A stretch of DNA of 62,887 nt, counting the filler, from Pirum gemmata (taxonomy: Eukaryota), in assembly GCA_002812295.1 (NCBI GenBank). It is 13 parts of 13 records of this genome, joined end to end, with 100 filler letters (N's around TTAATTAATTAA, not from the genome) between each part and the next. Parts side by side here need not be neighbours in the genome. Positions count along the whole stretch, not along the records: positions 1 to 4,687 come from PDIN01000959.1; positions 4,788 to 9,493 come from PDIN01000960.1; positions 9,594 to 14,266 come from PDIN01000961.1; 10 more parts are not named here. One strand, given 5' to 3'. Positions 1-13,190 of this stretch are shown one piece after another. The notes below the pieces were generated by a model. The model was given only the letters and a program-made list of their open reading frames with translations, was not told where the DNA came from and did not search any database. How positions within the stretch are numbered: position 1 is the stretch's first letter; every line of letters starts with the position of its first letter. The position numbers and the translations under genes were made by a program.

Positions 1-1331
1 TATTATTATTATTATTATTTTAAAAGATCTCTAAACTGCTTCTAAACTTATAATTATAAGTTAACATTTGAAGATTCAAATTATGGAAGTTTTTTAATTA
101 AAATTAAAATTTAAAAACCATTTAAAAATTCAATTCCAAAACTAGCTATAGACCCCCTATATAGAAACTGTGGAAGTTTTGAAAATACAACCACAAAAAC
201 CCTAATCCTAACGCTAAGTTCGCTAACCCCAATCCTAACCTCAACCTTAATTATAAAGCTAATTATAATCGGTACCCAATTGCATCATACCAAAGCCCAT
301 AACGCAATATGTATTATATATTATATTATACCACTGTTATTTTTTTCTTTTTTTCTTTTTTTCTTTTTTTCTTAGTTAGTCTGTAGATGTGATTTCTCAA
401 GATTTTTGGTGGTGTGTTTTTGTAGTGTTTTTGTGTTGATTCTCCTACGTACAGGTTGATTCTCTTTCATCTAAGAAAACCAACCTTGTTTAATTTGGCG
501 AGTTTTTATCATACGCTATACAGACGCTATATTCTAGTCTAAGAAAATTTCGTAAATCATCTAAGAAAACCAACGAGAAAACCAAAGCCCAGTTTTTTTA
601 ATTTGGTGAGTTTTTATCCAAACGCTATACAGAGTATTACAGACGCTATAACATTTAGAAAAGAAGTCGAAAAAAATGATTTTTGAAGTTTTATCTGGTT
701 GAGGAGACTGAGGATCAGTGAGGGCACTGAGGAGTGAGGAGCAGCTGGTGAGGACTGAGGACTCAGTGAGGAGTCACTGACTCTGAGTCTGAGGACTACT
801 AAATCTCTATGATAGTACTGATTCGCAGTACTGATTCGAGTACTGAAAAGCTGACCAAATAATTGAGGTTCTCTATTGGGCAAAAATTTCCCAAAAAAAG
901 AAATACGGTTTATAAATAGTAACTACATTGTAGACTGTAGTATGGGACTGTATAATACTACCAGCCAGCAGTAGTCCAGCGTACTCCCCTTTAGGTAATA
1001 CCCACATTCCCACAAAGTCCCACAACATGAAACTTCTTACTTTTTGTTTCACCTTTTTTTTGTACATGTTTGAAACTTTCAATCAAATTAAATTACTTAT
1101 AATCGAACTTTCGATCACATGTTCGAAGGCTTAGCTAGAAACTTCTTTTTGTCTCATCTTTTTTTCTGTACATGTTCGAAACTTTCAATCATAAACATCA
1201 AAAGTCATCAAAAGTTTCGAGCAATTTTACATAGGCTCGAACTAAAGAAACTTTTCGATCCTACCCCAGTATTTCGAGCTCTAGTAGTATTTATATTTAT
1301 GTTCTAAATATCTTGAAAAAGGAACGAATAT

Positions 1332-1520
1332 TATCGTGTTTTTCAAAAGTTCAAAAACTGAAATAAACGTACCAAATTATTGTATGATTGAACTATCAGA
1401 CATGTTTTAATTAGTTTGGTATTTTATACCTAATTTTGTATTTTATAAAAAATTCCAATTATACACTTAAACAGTACCAAATTAAAGATTGAGAGGACAA
1501 CTGTAATGAAATAGACGCTA
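1332..1520. mobile_element. MITE family B2 (TATCGTGTTTTTCA termini), representative copy
   Basis: Termini resemble B1 but the interior differs (gttcaaaaactgaaataaacgtacc...cacttaaacagtaccaaattaaagattgaga). Copies at 30394-30579, 36177-36371 (reverse), 46297-46493 and about 46613-46797 (reverse). Confidence 0.78.
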
Positions 1521-2502
1521 TCATGTAGAATTTTTCGGTAGCCTGTCCCTACTATGACCTCATATGATAAATCATTATTAGTTGCCAGTCCTTTGCCCTC
1601 CCCTATGATACTGCTATCATAGTAGGAAGTTTCCTGTAATAATAAAGTCTGTAGTATTTTTTTCCTATCATAGACCTAACAAGTATACTCCTAGCTAGCT
1701 ATCCTAGCTATCCTGATACTAGCTATTAGTATCGATATCATAAGACAGTATAAGACCCTACTAGCTAGCTAGCTAGCTAATAGTAGACGGTCAGACCCCT
1801 CTACTAGCTAGCCTATATACGAGCATATATATAATAAGAGTTTGATGAATTAGACTATGATGAATCGAGTGTGAGTCTAGCTAGTACTAAGCTTAGGAAA
1901 TCCTCTCTGAGGATCTGTAAATTATTATTATTGTAATTTTGTTTGCCAATTTGTGGTTGCCAGCCTCCCAACACTCATCATTTTTTTTTTAAGTCATCAA
2001 CGAGTCATCACTCATCAGGCTCATCAGTGCCAATCAGCTGGTGCCAATTTTGAGAAACTAAAAAAACTCTATTATTAACCAATGGCTAGCTAGTTTTTTT
2101 TAAAAAAAATAATTTGGGTAGTTGGACTACTGTTCAATCAGACTGTTCATTGTTCAATGGACTGTAGTTGGTAATAACTTGGTATTTTTTTAGAAAAAAA
2201 AAAATAATATAATAATAATAATAGTATATCTACCGGTATTCTAGATGATCTATTGTCTATAATATCTATATAAGGATAATCTTGTCTATATAAGGATAAA
2301 TCTCTACCACGCTACAGTGTGACTTCAACTGACTTGTTGTTGTTCTGAACTTGTTCAAAGTTATTATTATTTTTTTTTTTTTTTTTTTTTTTTTTTATTA
2401 TGTTTATTTAAATAACAAAAAAAAAAAAAAAAAAAGAAAAAAGAAAAAAAAAGCACAAAGAAAAAAAAGAGAAAAAAAGCTAGCTCGGCCCAGGGCCCAG
2501 GC

Positions 2503-2783
2503 CCATATGCTGTATCAGCCTGTATGAATGTAGCCGGCTATGCAGAGGATATGATGTAGGCTATTATGTATGATAGTTGACATTAGCCCTAACTTCCTCA
2601 GCTGTATCCCCATATGCTGTATCAGCCTGTATGAATGTAGCCGGCTATGCAGAGGATATGATCTAGGCTATTATGTATGATAGTTGACATTAGCCCTAAC
2701 TTCCTCAGCTGTATCAGCCTGTATGAATGTAGCCGGATATGCAGAGGATATGATGTAGGCTATTATGTATGATAGTTGACATT
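2503..2783. repeat. About 107-bp tandem repeat, roughly 2.7 copies
   Basis: gctgtatcagcctgtatgaatgtagccgg...gatagttgacatta occurs three times, nearly identical. Confidence 0.9.
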
Positions 2784-3170
2784 ACCCCCCCCCCCCCACC
2801 GAAACCCCTATTTTCCGATTTCCGATTCGGAATGAAGTACTAGCTAGAGCTAGCTAGCTAGCTATCATGATATGATAGCTACTATTTTATAGTGTGCTAC
2901 ACATCAAGAAAAAAAAAAATCTGCATGCACACATTTATACCTGACTATGACGTCAGACCATGTACATGGTCTAACTACGAGCTACTGGCTACTAGCTAGT
3001 ATTGATAGCTCTAGCTAGCTACTAGCTAGCTAACTGTCCCTGTTTTTTGGACGAAAAAACATCAATCACCAGGTGGATTCCATCCAGGTGGGGAGGGGTG
3101 GGTGAAAAAGAAATGATGACGTCATATCCGGTAAGTCCTTTTTTTTTGGTCCGATAGTCTACTCTAGCTA

Positions 3171-3405
3171 AGGAGGGGTGAGAACTCTTATGGCGAACTT
3201 TTTTGACCGAGGCACAAAGTAAATGATGTTCGCCTGTTTCGCCTTACCATATTTAGTATTTGAAATTATTTATTTAGTAGCTACTTATTTAAGTAGTTAC
3301 TTTAAAAAGAGTTTATTATACTATTTATAGTAACTTTAGGCAAATTTCTGGAAGTTCGCCGGTCCGAGCATCCAATTAGTAAGATGACGTCATCTTATCC
3401 CTCCT
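3171..3405. mobile_element. MITE family E (AGGAGGGGTGAG termini)
   Basis: AGGAGGGGTGAGA ... TCTTATCCCTCCT imperfect inverted ends. The left part (gttcgcctgtttcgccttaccat) recurs at 29590-29684 and, more diverged, at 14125-14266. Confidence 0.6.
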
Positions 3406-3880
3406 CTTTTACAATACTTTTACAATTTTACCTGCGAAATTCTTTACTTTTTTTAAAAATATTCTCTATTTTTGTATACTACAGAGTTATATTTGGATAT
3501 AACGAATCATGTGACATTTCCATATAAGGATTTTCTTATAAGAAATCCCTCAGATTCCGAGTAGCTTCAGTATAGCTTCTCCCAATTCTGCTCTGTTTAA
3601 AAATCGACATTTCGAGTCTAAATATTAATTAATAAGTTCGAAATATTCAAGTTTACAATTAAATATTCAAATATATTTATTTACTTATAAACCCGAAAAA
3701 CACAAAAAAACATTTTTTTTCGAACAGTGCTGAATTTTGGCTTTTTTTGACAGTAGAAATTCGAGTTTTCGGGTTTGACCTTATCATTTTTTTTTTCTAG
3801 ACTTAGATTTTAAAATAGATTTTTATATAGATAATATTAGTGAAAAGCACGATATTATTATAATAATAATAAGAATAATA

Positions 3881-3916
<36 letters not shown>

Positions 3917-4236
3917 AAAATTATTTATTATTATTATTTATTATTAGTCGAGAACTTTTATATACAAATAAAAATGTAGACTATGATAGTACTATGATTA
4001 CCGTATATTGAAGAATTTTTGAGGAGAACATTCTGTTTTTGGGTTGTTTTTCTAAAAGTTGTTTTTGTCTGTTTTTGTGCAAGTATTTTTGTGTATTGAT
4101 AACCCGATTCGTTCTATCAATACTAGTTAGTGATTGTGTTACTACCGGTATTATCATACCAATAGACTATATTTTAAAAGCAAATAATTATATAGAACTG
4201 CGAATATTCCCTATTTTAATATTCCTAACCCTATTA

Positions 4237-4530
4237 AACCCTAACCCTAACCTAATCCTAATCCTAATCCTAACCCTAACCCTAACCCTAACCCTAACCC
4301 TGATTATGACCTTAACCCTAACCCTAACCCTATAGCTACCTAACCCTAACCCTATAGCTAACCCTAACCCTAACCCTAACCCTAACCCTATAGCGCTAAC
4401 CCTAACCCTAACCCTAACCCTATAGCGCTAACCCTAACCCTAACCCTGACCCTAGCCCTAACACTAACACTATATAATATGGCTAACCTTAACCTTAACC
4501 CTAACTCTAAACCTAACCTTAACCTAACTT
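4237..4530 (+). repeat. Interstitial telomere-type (TAACCC)n array, degenerate
   Basis: Direct read. Similar arrays occur at about 25090-25195, 28134-28263, 28583-28657, 35632-35820, 35966-36110 and 52950-53075. Confidence 0.9.
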
Positions 4531-4687
4531 GCAAATGCTCCACCATTCGTCTTGTCAGTTCGTGCTTTTTTGGTGTCGAATCTCTCTCTAGTAGTACTGT
4601 AGTAAAATATATGTATTTATGTAATATAATTATAAATAATTATAATAAATAATAAATAATAAATATAATAATATTAATAAAAATAAT

Positions 4688-4787
4688 NNNNNNNNNNNNN
4701 NNNNNNNNNNNNNNNNNNNNNNNNNNNNNNNTTAATTAATTAANNNNNNNNNNNNNNNNNNNNNNNNNNNNNNNNNNNNNNNNNNNN
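4688..4787. other. Artificial contig spacer (N44-TTAATTAATTAA-N44), first of 12
   Basis: Identical 100-bp spacers at 4688, 9494, 14267, 19050, 23850, 29685, 34484, 39284, 44079, 48563, 53350 and 58149. The core 12-mer places stops in all six frames. Confidence 0.98.
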
Positions 4788-7700
4788 GCTGCAGTAGTTA
4801 TACCTATATCGACCCGTTTTGCTTTAGGGAAACTCACTAAACGAACAGAAATAAGTTCTGTTTCATTTTCGTCCTTGCCTGTCCCTTCGTAGAAATCAAC
4901 AAATCTTTCCCTTATTCCTTTTCACACACAAATTAGTAAGACAAAAAAAATTAGAAAAAAAAATAAGAAGAATATATATATATATCAGAAGCAATTGTGA
5001 TAACTAACAAAAATGTATCAAGAGTAACAAAGATTATACTGACACATGATAAACACATAATGTAAATTAACTAGTCTATAATCCAATTCTGGATTTGAAA
5101 ACGGTAAATATTAAGAGCCTAAAACGATAAACTGATAGAATGATATAATGAATTAATAATGTTATATACACTTTTGTGACAAAACCATTAAGATAAAATA
5201 AAAAAATAATTATAATAAAAAAAAGATAAAAGCGTAAAGGGGTAAAGGTTGGCCTATAAATGATAAAGGGTAAAGTATTTTAAAAAATGAACAAAATAAT
5301 AATATAAAAAAATAAACATTTAATTATAACAAATGAAATAAAAATCTAAAAATGGAAAAATGAAACCAGTTAACCATGGTAAACATTAAAAGAAAGAAGA
5401 ATTTAAATAGTATGTTATATATGATACTTTTAATATTAATATTAAATGAATAAGAACAGACAATTAAAGATAAAAGATAAAAAGATATAAAAAAAAGATA
5501 AAAAAGATAAAAAAGATAAAAAAGATAAAATAAACATTTAATTATAACAAATGAAATAAAAATCTAAAACTGGAAAAATGAAAACCAGTTAACCATGGTA
5601 AACATTAAAAAAAATAGTATGTTATATAGGATACTTTAATATTAATATCAAATGCTTAAGGCAAGACAATTAAAGATAAAAGATAAAAAAGATATAAAAA
5701 AATATAAAAAGATGAAAAAGATAAAAAAAGATTTAAAAAAAAGATAAAAAAAGATGAAAAAAAGATAAAAAAAAGATAAAAAAAGATAAAAAAAGATAAA
5801 AAAAGATAAAAAAAGAAAAAGTTAAAAAGAAAACGATAAAAAAAGGATAAAAAAGATACAAGTTGAACAAGCTGAACAAGATGATAAAATAAAAAAATAA
5901 ATAATAAATAATAACAAATTTACAAAATGAAAAATGAAAAATGAAACTTAATTAATCATGAAAATAATGAAAGAAATAAAAATAGCAAGGGATGAATGAT
6001 AAAAGAAATATAAACAGACAAATATTAAAAAAAGAAATGAAATAAATATGTATATGACACCCCAAAATAAACAATCGATATAAGAAAACAACCAATAACG
6101 GGTAAAATGGGTGTAAGTTAAATTCACCTGGTTCTTTTTTCATTCTCTTTGCTTGATATTCGTCTTCCTCCATCTGTCTTCTTATTTCATCAGCGTTGTG
6201 GCTCGAAGCGGGTCTCTTCTGTCCTGAATGAAAGTTATGTGGCTTACCACGGGTCGGTTTACCGCCACGAGTACCACCTACTGGTTTCCCGCCACGACCA
6301 ACTGGTTTCCCACCACGAGAGGCAGGTGTTGCGGGTTTGCCATTAGGTGGTTTACCACCTGCTCTCGCCATTTGTGCCCTTGGTTTTCCTCGCGGCCCTG
6401 GTTGTCCAGATTTACCTTGCTCGGAGGGAAATTGTTTTTCGTGAGAATGTTGATCTTTAGATTGCCCTGTACTTTTATTACTTTTCCTGTCCACAGAATC
6501 TTGCCGATTGATGCCATTGGGTCTATTACTTTGATGCCCTGCTTGTTGAGATTGCTTTCTTTGAGCATGCTGAGCAGTTTGAGTTTGTGAATGTTGACCA
6601 TGATGTGCATGCTGAGCATGTTGTGAATGTGGCCCGTGTTGCCCGTGTTGCGAACTTTGTTGTGGATGATGTGGGTGTTGTGGGTGTTGTTGTGGGTGTT
6701 GTTGTGGGTGTTGTTGTGGGTGCTGTGGGTGCTGCTGTGGGTGTTGTTGTGGGTGCTGCTGTGGGTGTTGTGGGTGTTGTGGGTGTTGTGGATGTGGATG
6801 TTGTGCTGAATATTGATGTTGTGCTGAATATTGGTGACTTCCATACTGACCCTGGGCACTATTATACTGGCTGTTCTGTGAAGCTGCTTGTGCGTGTTGA
6901 AATGACATTGAAGATTTCCTATGAGCTGCTGCTGCTGCTGCTGCCTGTTGTTGCTGTTGTTGCTGTAAATTAAAGGCGTAGTTTGAGTCGCTGCTTGAAT
7001 TTTGACGTTGTAACTGTGCTTGTGCTTGTGCTTGTGCTTGTGCTTGTGCTTGTTTAGGTGTTGAGGGTTGTTGAGCAAAGGATGAATGTTGGAATTGACC
7101 AGCACTAGGCGATTTCCGAAGTGCTGCCTCCTGTTCATTGGCCTGTGATGGTTGGCCGTTAGATTGACTATTAAACATATTCATTCGATACATAAAATCA
7201 GGGGCACCAAACTGCATATTAGCAAGACTTGAGGGCTGGCCTGCCAAGCCCGGAGGCATTTGTTGTTGTGGTTGCCTTGGTTGCTGTGGTTGTTGTGGTT
7301 GTGGTGGTTGTTGTGATTGTTGTGATTGTGGTTGTTGTGGCTGTGGTGGTTGTGGCTGTGGTGGCTGTGGTTGTGGTTGTGGTTGTGGTTGTGGTTGTGG
7401 TTGTGGTTGTTGTTGTTGTTTTTGTTGTTGTTTTTGTTTTTGTTGTAGTTGTTGATGTTGTTGTTGTTGTTGTTGTTGTTTTGCTTGTTTTGCTGCGTTT
7501 TTCTGAGCTTGTTTTGCTTCTTGTTGTTGCTTTTTCAACAGAGCCGCCGCAGCTTTTTTTTCTGCTTTTTCTTTGGCTTTTTCTTGTTTAAGTTTTTCTT
7601 TTGCCAGATCTTTTTCTTTCTTCTTTTGTTGTTTTGCCGATTCTACTTGTTCTGCAGTCATAGAACCTTTTCTTGGTTGTTTTTGTTTTTTCTTAGCTTC

Positions 7701-9005
7701 ATCTTCTTTGTGAAAAGAAAAAGTTTGCTGCTGTGCTTGTTGTGATTGTTGTGCTTGTTGTGCTTGTTGTGATTGTTGTGATTGTTGTGCTTGTTGCGGG
7801 TGTGATTGTTGTGAATGCTGCTGTTGTTGATGATATTGGTTTGGCGTGTGGTGTGGATGTTGTTTATTTTGCTGGTGTTGTGGGTGTTGTGGGTGTTGTG
7901 GGTGTTGTGGGTGTTGTTGGCTTTGCTGGTGTTGTGGGTGTTGTGGGTGTGATGGGTGTGATGGGTGTCCTTGGTGTTGCGAATGTGCTTGGTGTGTTTG
8001 GTGTGCTTGGTGTGCTTGGTGTGCTTGGTGTGGGTGTGGCTTTTGGTGTGGTTGTTGGTGTTGGTGTGATTGCTGGTGTGGCTGCTGGTGTGGTTGGTGT
8101 GGTTGGTGTGATGGCTCTTGGTGTGGTTGCTGGTGTTGTACTTGTTGTGTTGATGCTGGCCCAGGTGATTGCTTTCGCTGACGATCCTGTGCTTGTGATG
8201 GAGTTTGCTGCCCCTGTTGAAAACCTTGAAATTGCTGTTGTAACAACAATTGTTGTTGGTTTTGATCTAAGTTCATCAATTGCTGTGGATTCAATCCAGG
8301 TATCCCGTTATAATATTGTTGTGAGTGACGTTGTGGTGGGCGAGGCGATTGCTTTGCTTGTTGCTGTTGTGTTTGAGGCGCAGCATGTTGTTGTTGCCTG
8401 TATTGTTGTTGTAGATATGGGTCTTGTCCATATTGATAAGCGTGTGGTTGAGCCTGTTGCTGTTGTGGTGATGGTTGGGGCTGTGTTTGTTGTTGCTGCT
8501 GCTGTTGCTGTTGTTGCTGTTGTTGTTGCAACATAAATTGTTGTTGTGTCTGAGGCTGCTGTTGCCCCCCTCCTAGTGCCATACCAGGGAAGCCACCCAC
8601 CCCCCCACTACTTCCCCCTGTTGCACTGGCATTGTTGTAATAACTAAAATTAGCATTACCCCCAGCACCAGACATGAAGCTATCTAAGCTCAAGTTGGTG
8701 TTACTGTTATTGTTACTTCCACTATTTGCCAGATTTAGGCCAAATGATTGATCAAACGACATACCATTTAGAAGATTAGATTGACTAGATTGCGGCTGTG
8801 GTGGCCTTCCTTGCTGTTGTTGTTGGCCATGCTGCTGTCCCTGGTATTGTTGTGCTTGGGGATGCGGCGGTTGCTGTTGTTGTGACTGGTAATTATAATT
8901 TGAACCAGGGACACCGTAGCTACCAAAATTCATCATATCAAGAAAATCATTTCCATTGTTATTTTTATTATTAGGATTATTCCCACCATTATTATAGGGA
9001 AGCAT
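4788..9005 (-). CDS. Gln/His/Pro-rich low-complexity protein, 3'-partial; exons 9005-6128 and 4917-~4804
   Basis: ATG at 9005 opens about 960 codons of polyQ, QQHP and QP repeats, a Lys-rich segment and RGGKP repeats. A phase-1 donor CAG|GTGAAT at 6128 fits acceptor AAG|GA at 4917, giving [38 protein letters not shown]. The hydrophobic tail of the listed ORF is intron read-through. Confidence 0.75.
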
Positions 9006-9388
9006 TTTAAGAATACACTTGCTTTTTTATATATAATAACACTTACGCTTTGATTGTGTTGTATAGTCACATTAGTACCATTGCTGTGGAAAACAAACTT
9101 ATGAAGTGAGTTTTGAATTACAAAGAGTAACAAGAAAAGAAATATATAAAAATGTTTGAAATTACATCAAGCCATTTATTTAGAATGCTACAAGATAAAA
9201 AATACTGATAAGCTACAAGATAAAAAATACTGTTAATAAAATAATGGTAGAATTTAAATAATAATAAAAATAAATAAATAAAAATAAAAATAAAAATAAC
9301 TTTTACATCTAAACCTTAGAATACTAAGAGAGAGAAGAAAAGTAAAATAGAAAAAGGACAATTATCATACATGCATGTACATATATAA

Positions 9389-9428
<40 letters not shown>

Positions 9429-9649
9429 TAATAATGAACAATAATGAATAATAATGAATAATAAATAATAAATAATAAATAATAATAAACAATNNNNNNN
9501 NNNNNNNNNNNNNNNNNNNNNNNNNNNNNNNNNNNNNTTAATTAATTAANNNNNNNNNNNNNNNNNNNNNNNNNNNNNNNNNNNNNNNNNNNNATTATTA
9601 TTATTATTATTTTGGAATTCAATTTTATGGTTTTGTGTATATTAATATT

Positions 9650-10814
9650 ATCAATAACAGGATTTATATGACGTCAGGGAATGAAACAATGTCTCGCTTA
9701 ACCTTATTCCAATATTGTTCAATATAGTAATTAAAAACCAACACATAAAATGCCACATTCCACTTATCATCATCATTTTTTAAAAAAAAAGAGGAGAGGG
9801 GTTCAGTATGTGTATGACGTCATTATAGCTTAACTGTATTGCAATATTGTGCAACAGTAATGACGTAAACGCTATTAAACCAACACATGTAACGTTCCAC
9901 TTACCGTCATAGTTTTTTTTAAAGGGAGATATGGGAAAAACCATCGAATCGAAACTAGTTCGAAATGTTCGAAATTTTTCGATCCAACACCACTTTTGAT
10001 TTCCTTAAAAAATTCTTAAAAATTCTTAGAAATTTCATAGAAAGAACTTGAAACTCGAAAAAAAAAAGAATTTCATTTCACAAAATTCAAAATTGTAACT
10101 ATTTAATAATTAGGATCGAGCTGTTTGATTCGATTATGTTTTCCCGTATCTCCAAGAGGGAGGGGTTCAGTATTTATATATAACTCCAGTCTCGCTTAAA
10201 CATTATAGTAATGACATGCGGAGAGGGGTTCAGTATTTATATGACGTCAGTCTAGCTTACATATTGCAATATTGTTCAATATAGTAATTAATGAACGCTT
10301 TTTTTTGAAGAGTAGAGGGGTTCAGTATTTATATAATGTCAATCTCGCTTAACCATATTCCAATATTGTTCAATATAGTAATGGCATGAGGAGAGGAGTT
10401 CATTACTTATATGACGTTAGTCTAGCTTAACCGTATTACAATATTGTCAAATATAGTAATTAGTGAACGCTCCCTTAAAAACTAACACATGAAATGACAC
10501 GTTCCCCTTACCGTCATCGTTTGAGAGGGGTTCAGTATTTGTTTCGCTTAACCATATATTCTAATATTCGCTTAACCATATTCTAATATTGTTCAATATA
10601 GTAATGACATGAGGAGAGTGGTTCATTATTTATATGACGTCAGTCTAGCTTAACCACATTACAATATTGTCTCAAATATAGTAATTAATGAACGCTCCCT
10701 TAAAAACCAACACATAAAATGACACGTTCCACTTACCGTCATAGTTTTTTTTTTTTTCTTGAAGAGGAGAGGGGGGTCGGTATTTATATAACGTCAGTCT
10801 CGCTTAACCATATC

Positions 10815-10875
<61 letters not shown>

Positions 10876-11250
10876 GCAACAGCAACAACAACAACAATAT
10901 TCCAATATTGTTCAATATGGTAATGACATGAGGAGAAGGGTTCATTGTTTATATGACGTTAGTCTAGCTTAACCATATTCCAATACTGTCGAATATAGTA
11001 ATTAATGAACGCTCCCTTAAAACCCAACATAAAATGACATGTTCCACTTACCGTCATCGTTTTTTGTTTTTGTTTTTGTTTTTGTTTTTGTTTTTGTTTT
11101 TGAAGAGAGGGTTCAGTATTTATATGGCATCAATAAATGAAACAATGTCTCGCTTAACCATATTCCAATATATTGTTCAATATAGTAATGGCGTGAACAC
11201 CATTAAGCCAACATAATATATAAAATGATACATTTAACTTACCATCATCG
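9650..11250. repeat. Composite tandem repeat array rich in TGACGTCA, carrying family-A right TIRs
   Basis: Recurrent modules gagaggggttcagtatttatatgacgtcagtct(c/a)gcttaaccatattccaatattg and gaacgctcccttaaaaaccaacacataaaatgacacgttccacttaccgtcat. Confidence 0.8.
9924..10153. mobile_element. MITE family C (GGAGATA.GGGAAAA termini)
   Basis: GGGAGATATGGGAAAA ... TTTTCCCGTATCTCC inverted ends. Related copies at 39782-39986 and about 40229-40345. Confidence 0.72.
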
Positions 11251-11277
11251 TTTTTTTATCACCACTGTGGCACTGTC

Positions 11278-11476
11278 GGATAAAACTGCAGAAATCTTTT
11301 TTTTTTAGAATTATTATTAAAAACTGGCCATTGTTTCAAAAATTCATCTGAAAATTTCATAATAGAGTTTTCTTAGTTAGACGATTTGAAATTTCTGAAA
11401 TTTTGTTAGTAGTCTATCAAAATTGGAGTGCTTCGTCAGATTTTGAGCTCATTTGGCGGATTTTACAGTTTTATCC
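11278..11476. mobile_element. MITE family D (GGATAAAACTG termini)
   Basis: GGATAAAACTG...CAGTTTTATCC. Related copies at 29866-30079 and 35322-35541 (reverse), with partial copies near 600-700 and 40380-40412. Confidence 0.68.
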
Positions 11477-12205
11477 GGCACGAAAAATATGTTGTTTAGT
11501 GGTATTGATGATATCGATATCCATTAATTAGTGTTGCAGACCAATAATAGTGATGTTCCCAGTGGTGGCCATGGTGATATCGATGTAAAGTTTATTGCGT
11601 GTGCTTCCACTTAGAATCCACTAGGTTTGCCCCAACACAATTAAACTAATTCACCCACGATCAAGAGATGATGGGTGTAGGGTGGGGTGTGAAGCAATTG
11701 CGAGATTATATCAACCAATCTTCGAATTCACACCTGTTGATAGTACAAAAAAGGAGAGATTGATTATAAGTTTTTTGATTAGTTTACTATTATGAATTTA
11801 TGATAGTTAATTGATCCCATTAATTGATAAAGAAGTTTCTTTCAGTGCACTGGGAGCAAAACCGTGTCTTGGTTACCCAAGCACCATTGTTTTTAAAAAC
11901 AAGTAATTTAGCGAGAAATTTCTTTTATCTAAACTAGGTATTATAAGTGCTTACAGCACTCGATATTTTGTAGTTTTGTGTGGTAGTGTTGTAGAGTCAA
12001 TGTAGACTAGCTAGTGTATCGAACAGAATAGAAATGTTCGAAAAATGTTGAAATTTGTATACGTACGTATACGTACGTATATAAAAAGTTAAACGATATA
12101 TTAATTTTATAACCTCGTGGTTTAATTAATTTTAAAATAAGAGTGTAATCCTTAGAGGTATATAGCCCATGGCAATGCCATAGCAATAATTGTTTGTTAT
12201 TATTT

Positions 12206-12240
<35 letters not shown>

Positions 12241-12242
12241 GC

Positions 12243-12274
<32 letters not shown>

Positions 12275-13190
12275 GTTGTGATCGTGGTTGTTGATCGCAG
12301 CTTCCTTCAGGGCAATTATACATGTTTAAGCTAAGTAAGTACGCTTTAATAACTGGATAAACACCTAATATACAACTGGGTTGGGATAAAGGTTGGGTGT
12401 AAGGATAGGGTACGCTTAGGATTTAGCTTGGGTTTTTGTTTAGGTTGAGGTTTGGGTTTAGGCTTTTAAAATAATTTTAAAAGCTTAGCTTAGGTTTAGG
12501 TTTAGATCTTGGTTTAGTTTTATAATAATATATTAATTATATATAATACATAAATTTAATTTTTTATTTTTTATAAATAAATTAAAGGTGCTTTTATTAC
12601 AATTATTGATTCTGTATCAAATTACATTGTATATAAAAAGTCAAATTACACCTTCTGAGTTCTCAATTTTTAATTATTTACAATATTTACAAAAATATTA
12701 CTCTTTATATACCGGTATATTAATTAATTCCAAATTTAAAAATAAAGAACATTTAGCCAAAAAAAAAAAAAAAAAAAAAGAAATTTTTTTTTTGGTATTC
12801 ATAAGTTATTCATATCATAATAATATTATCATAAAAATAAAAATAAAAACGACCTCTGTTCGAAACTCTCGAATATAAGTAAGTATATATATTCGAACAC
12901 ACATATATGTATATATGTTCGAAAACATTTTACTGTAAAAGTGTAGCAGTCGTTATAAAAAACTCTGGATTTAGAATCTTTAGCAGCTTCTTTTTCTAGC
13001 TAGTACATACATATATAGCCCAAAAGAAAAAGTATGGTGGCACTTTAGTTAACCGATTAGTTTATCGATCGATTAGGTTATCGATTCATCGATAGATTGT
13101 GATTATCAGATACGATATTTTTTTTTAAAAAAAACTTATATAGATTGGGAATGGGCTGCCTTCTACAGTATAATATCCATAGGACCATAT

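Noticed and set aside
2503..2783. CRISPR-like regular repeat
   Set aside because: Whole units are duplicated with no unique spacers, there are no cas genes and the context is eukaryotic.
6149..8536. Val-, Cys- and Leu-rich ORFs overlapping the Q-rich gene
   Set aside because: Antisense or alternative-frame shadows of CAA/CAC repeats.
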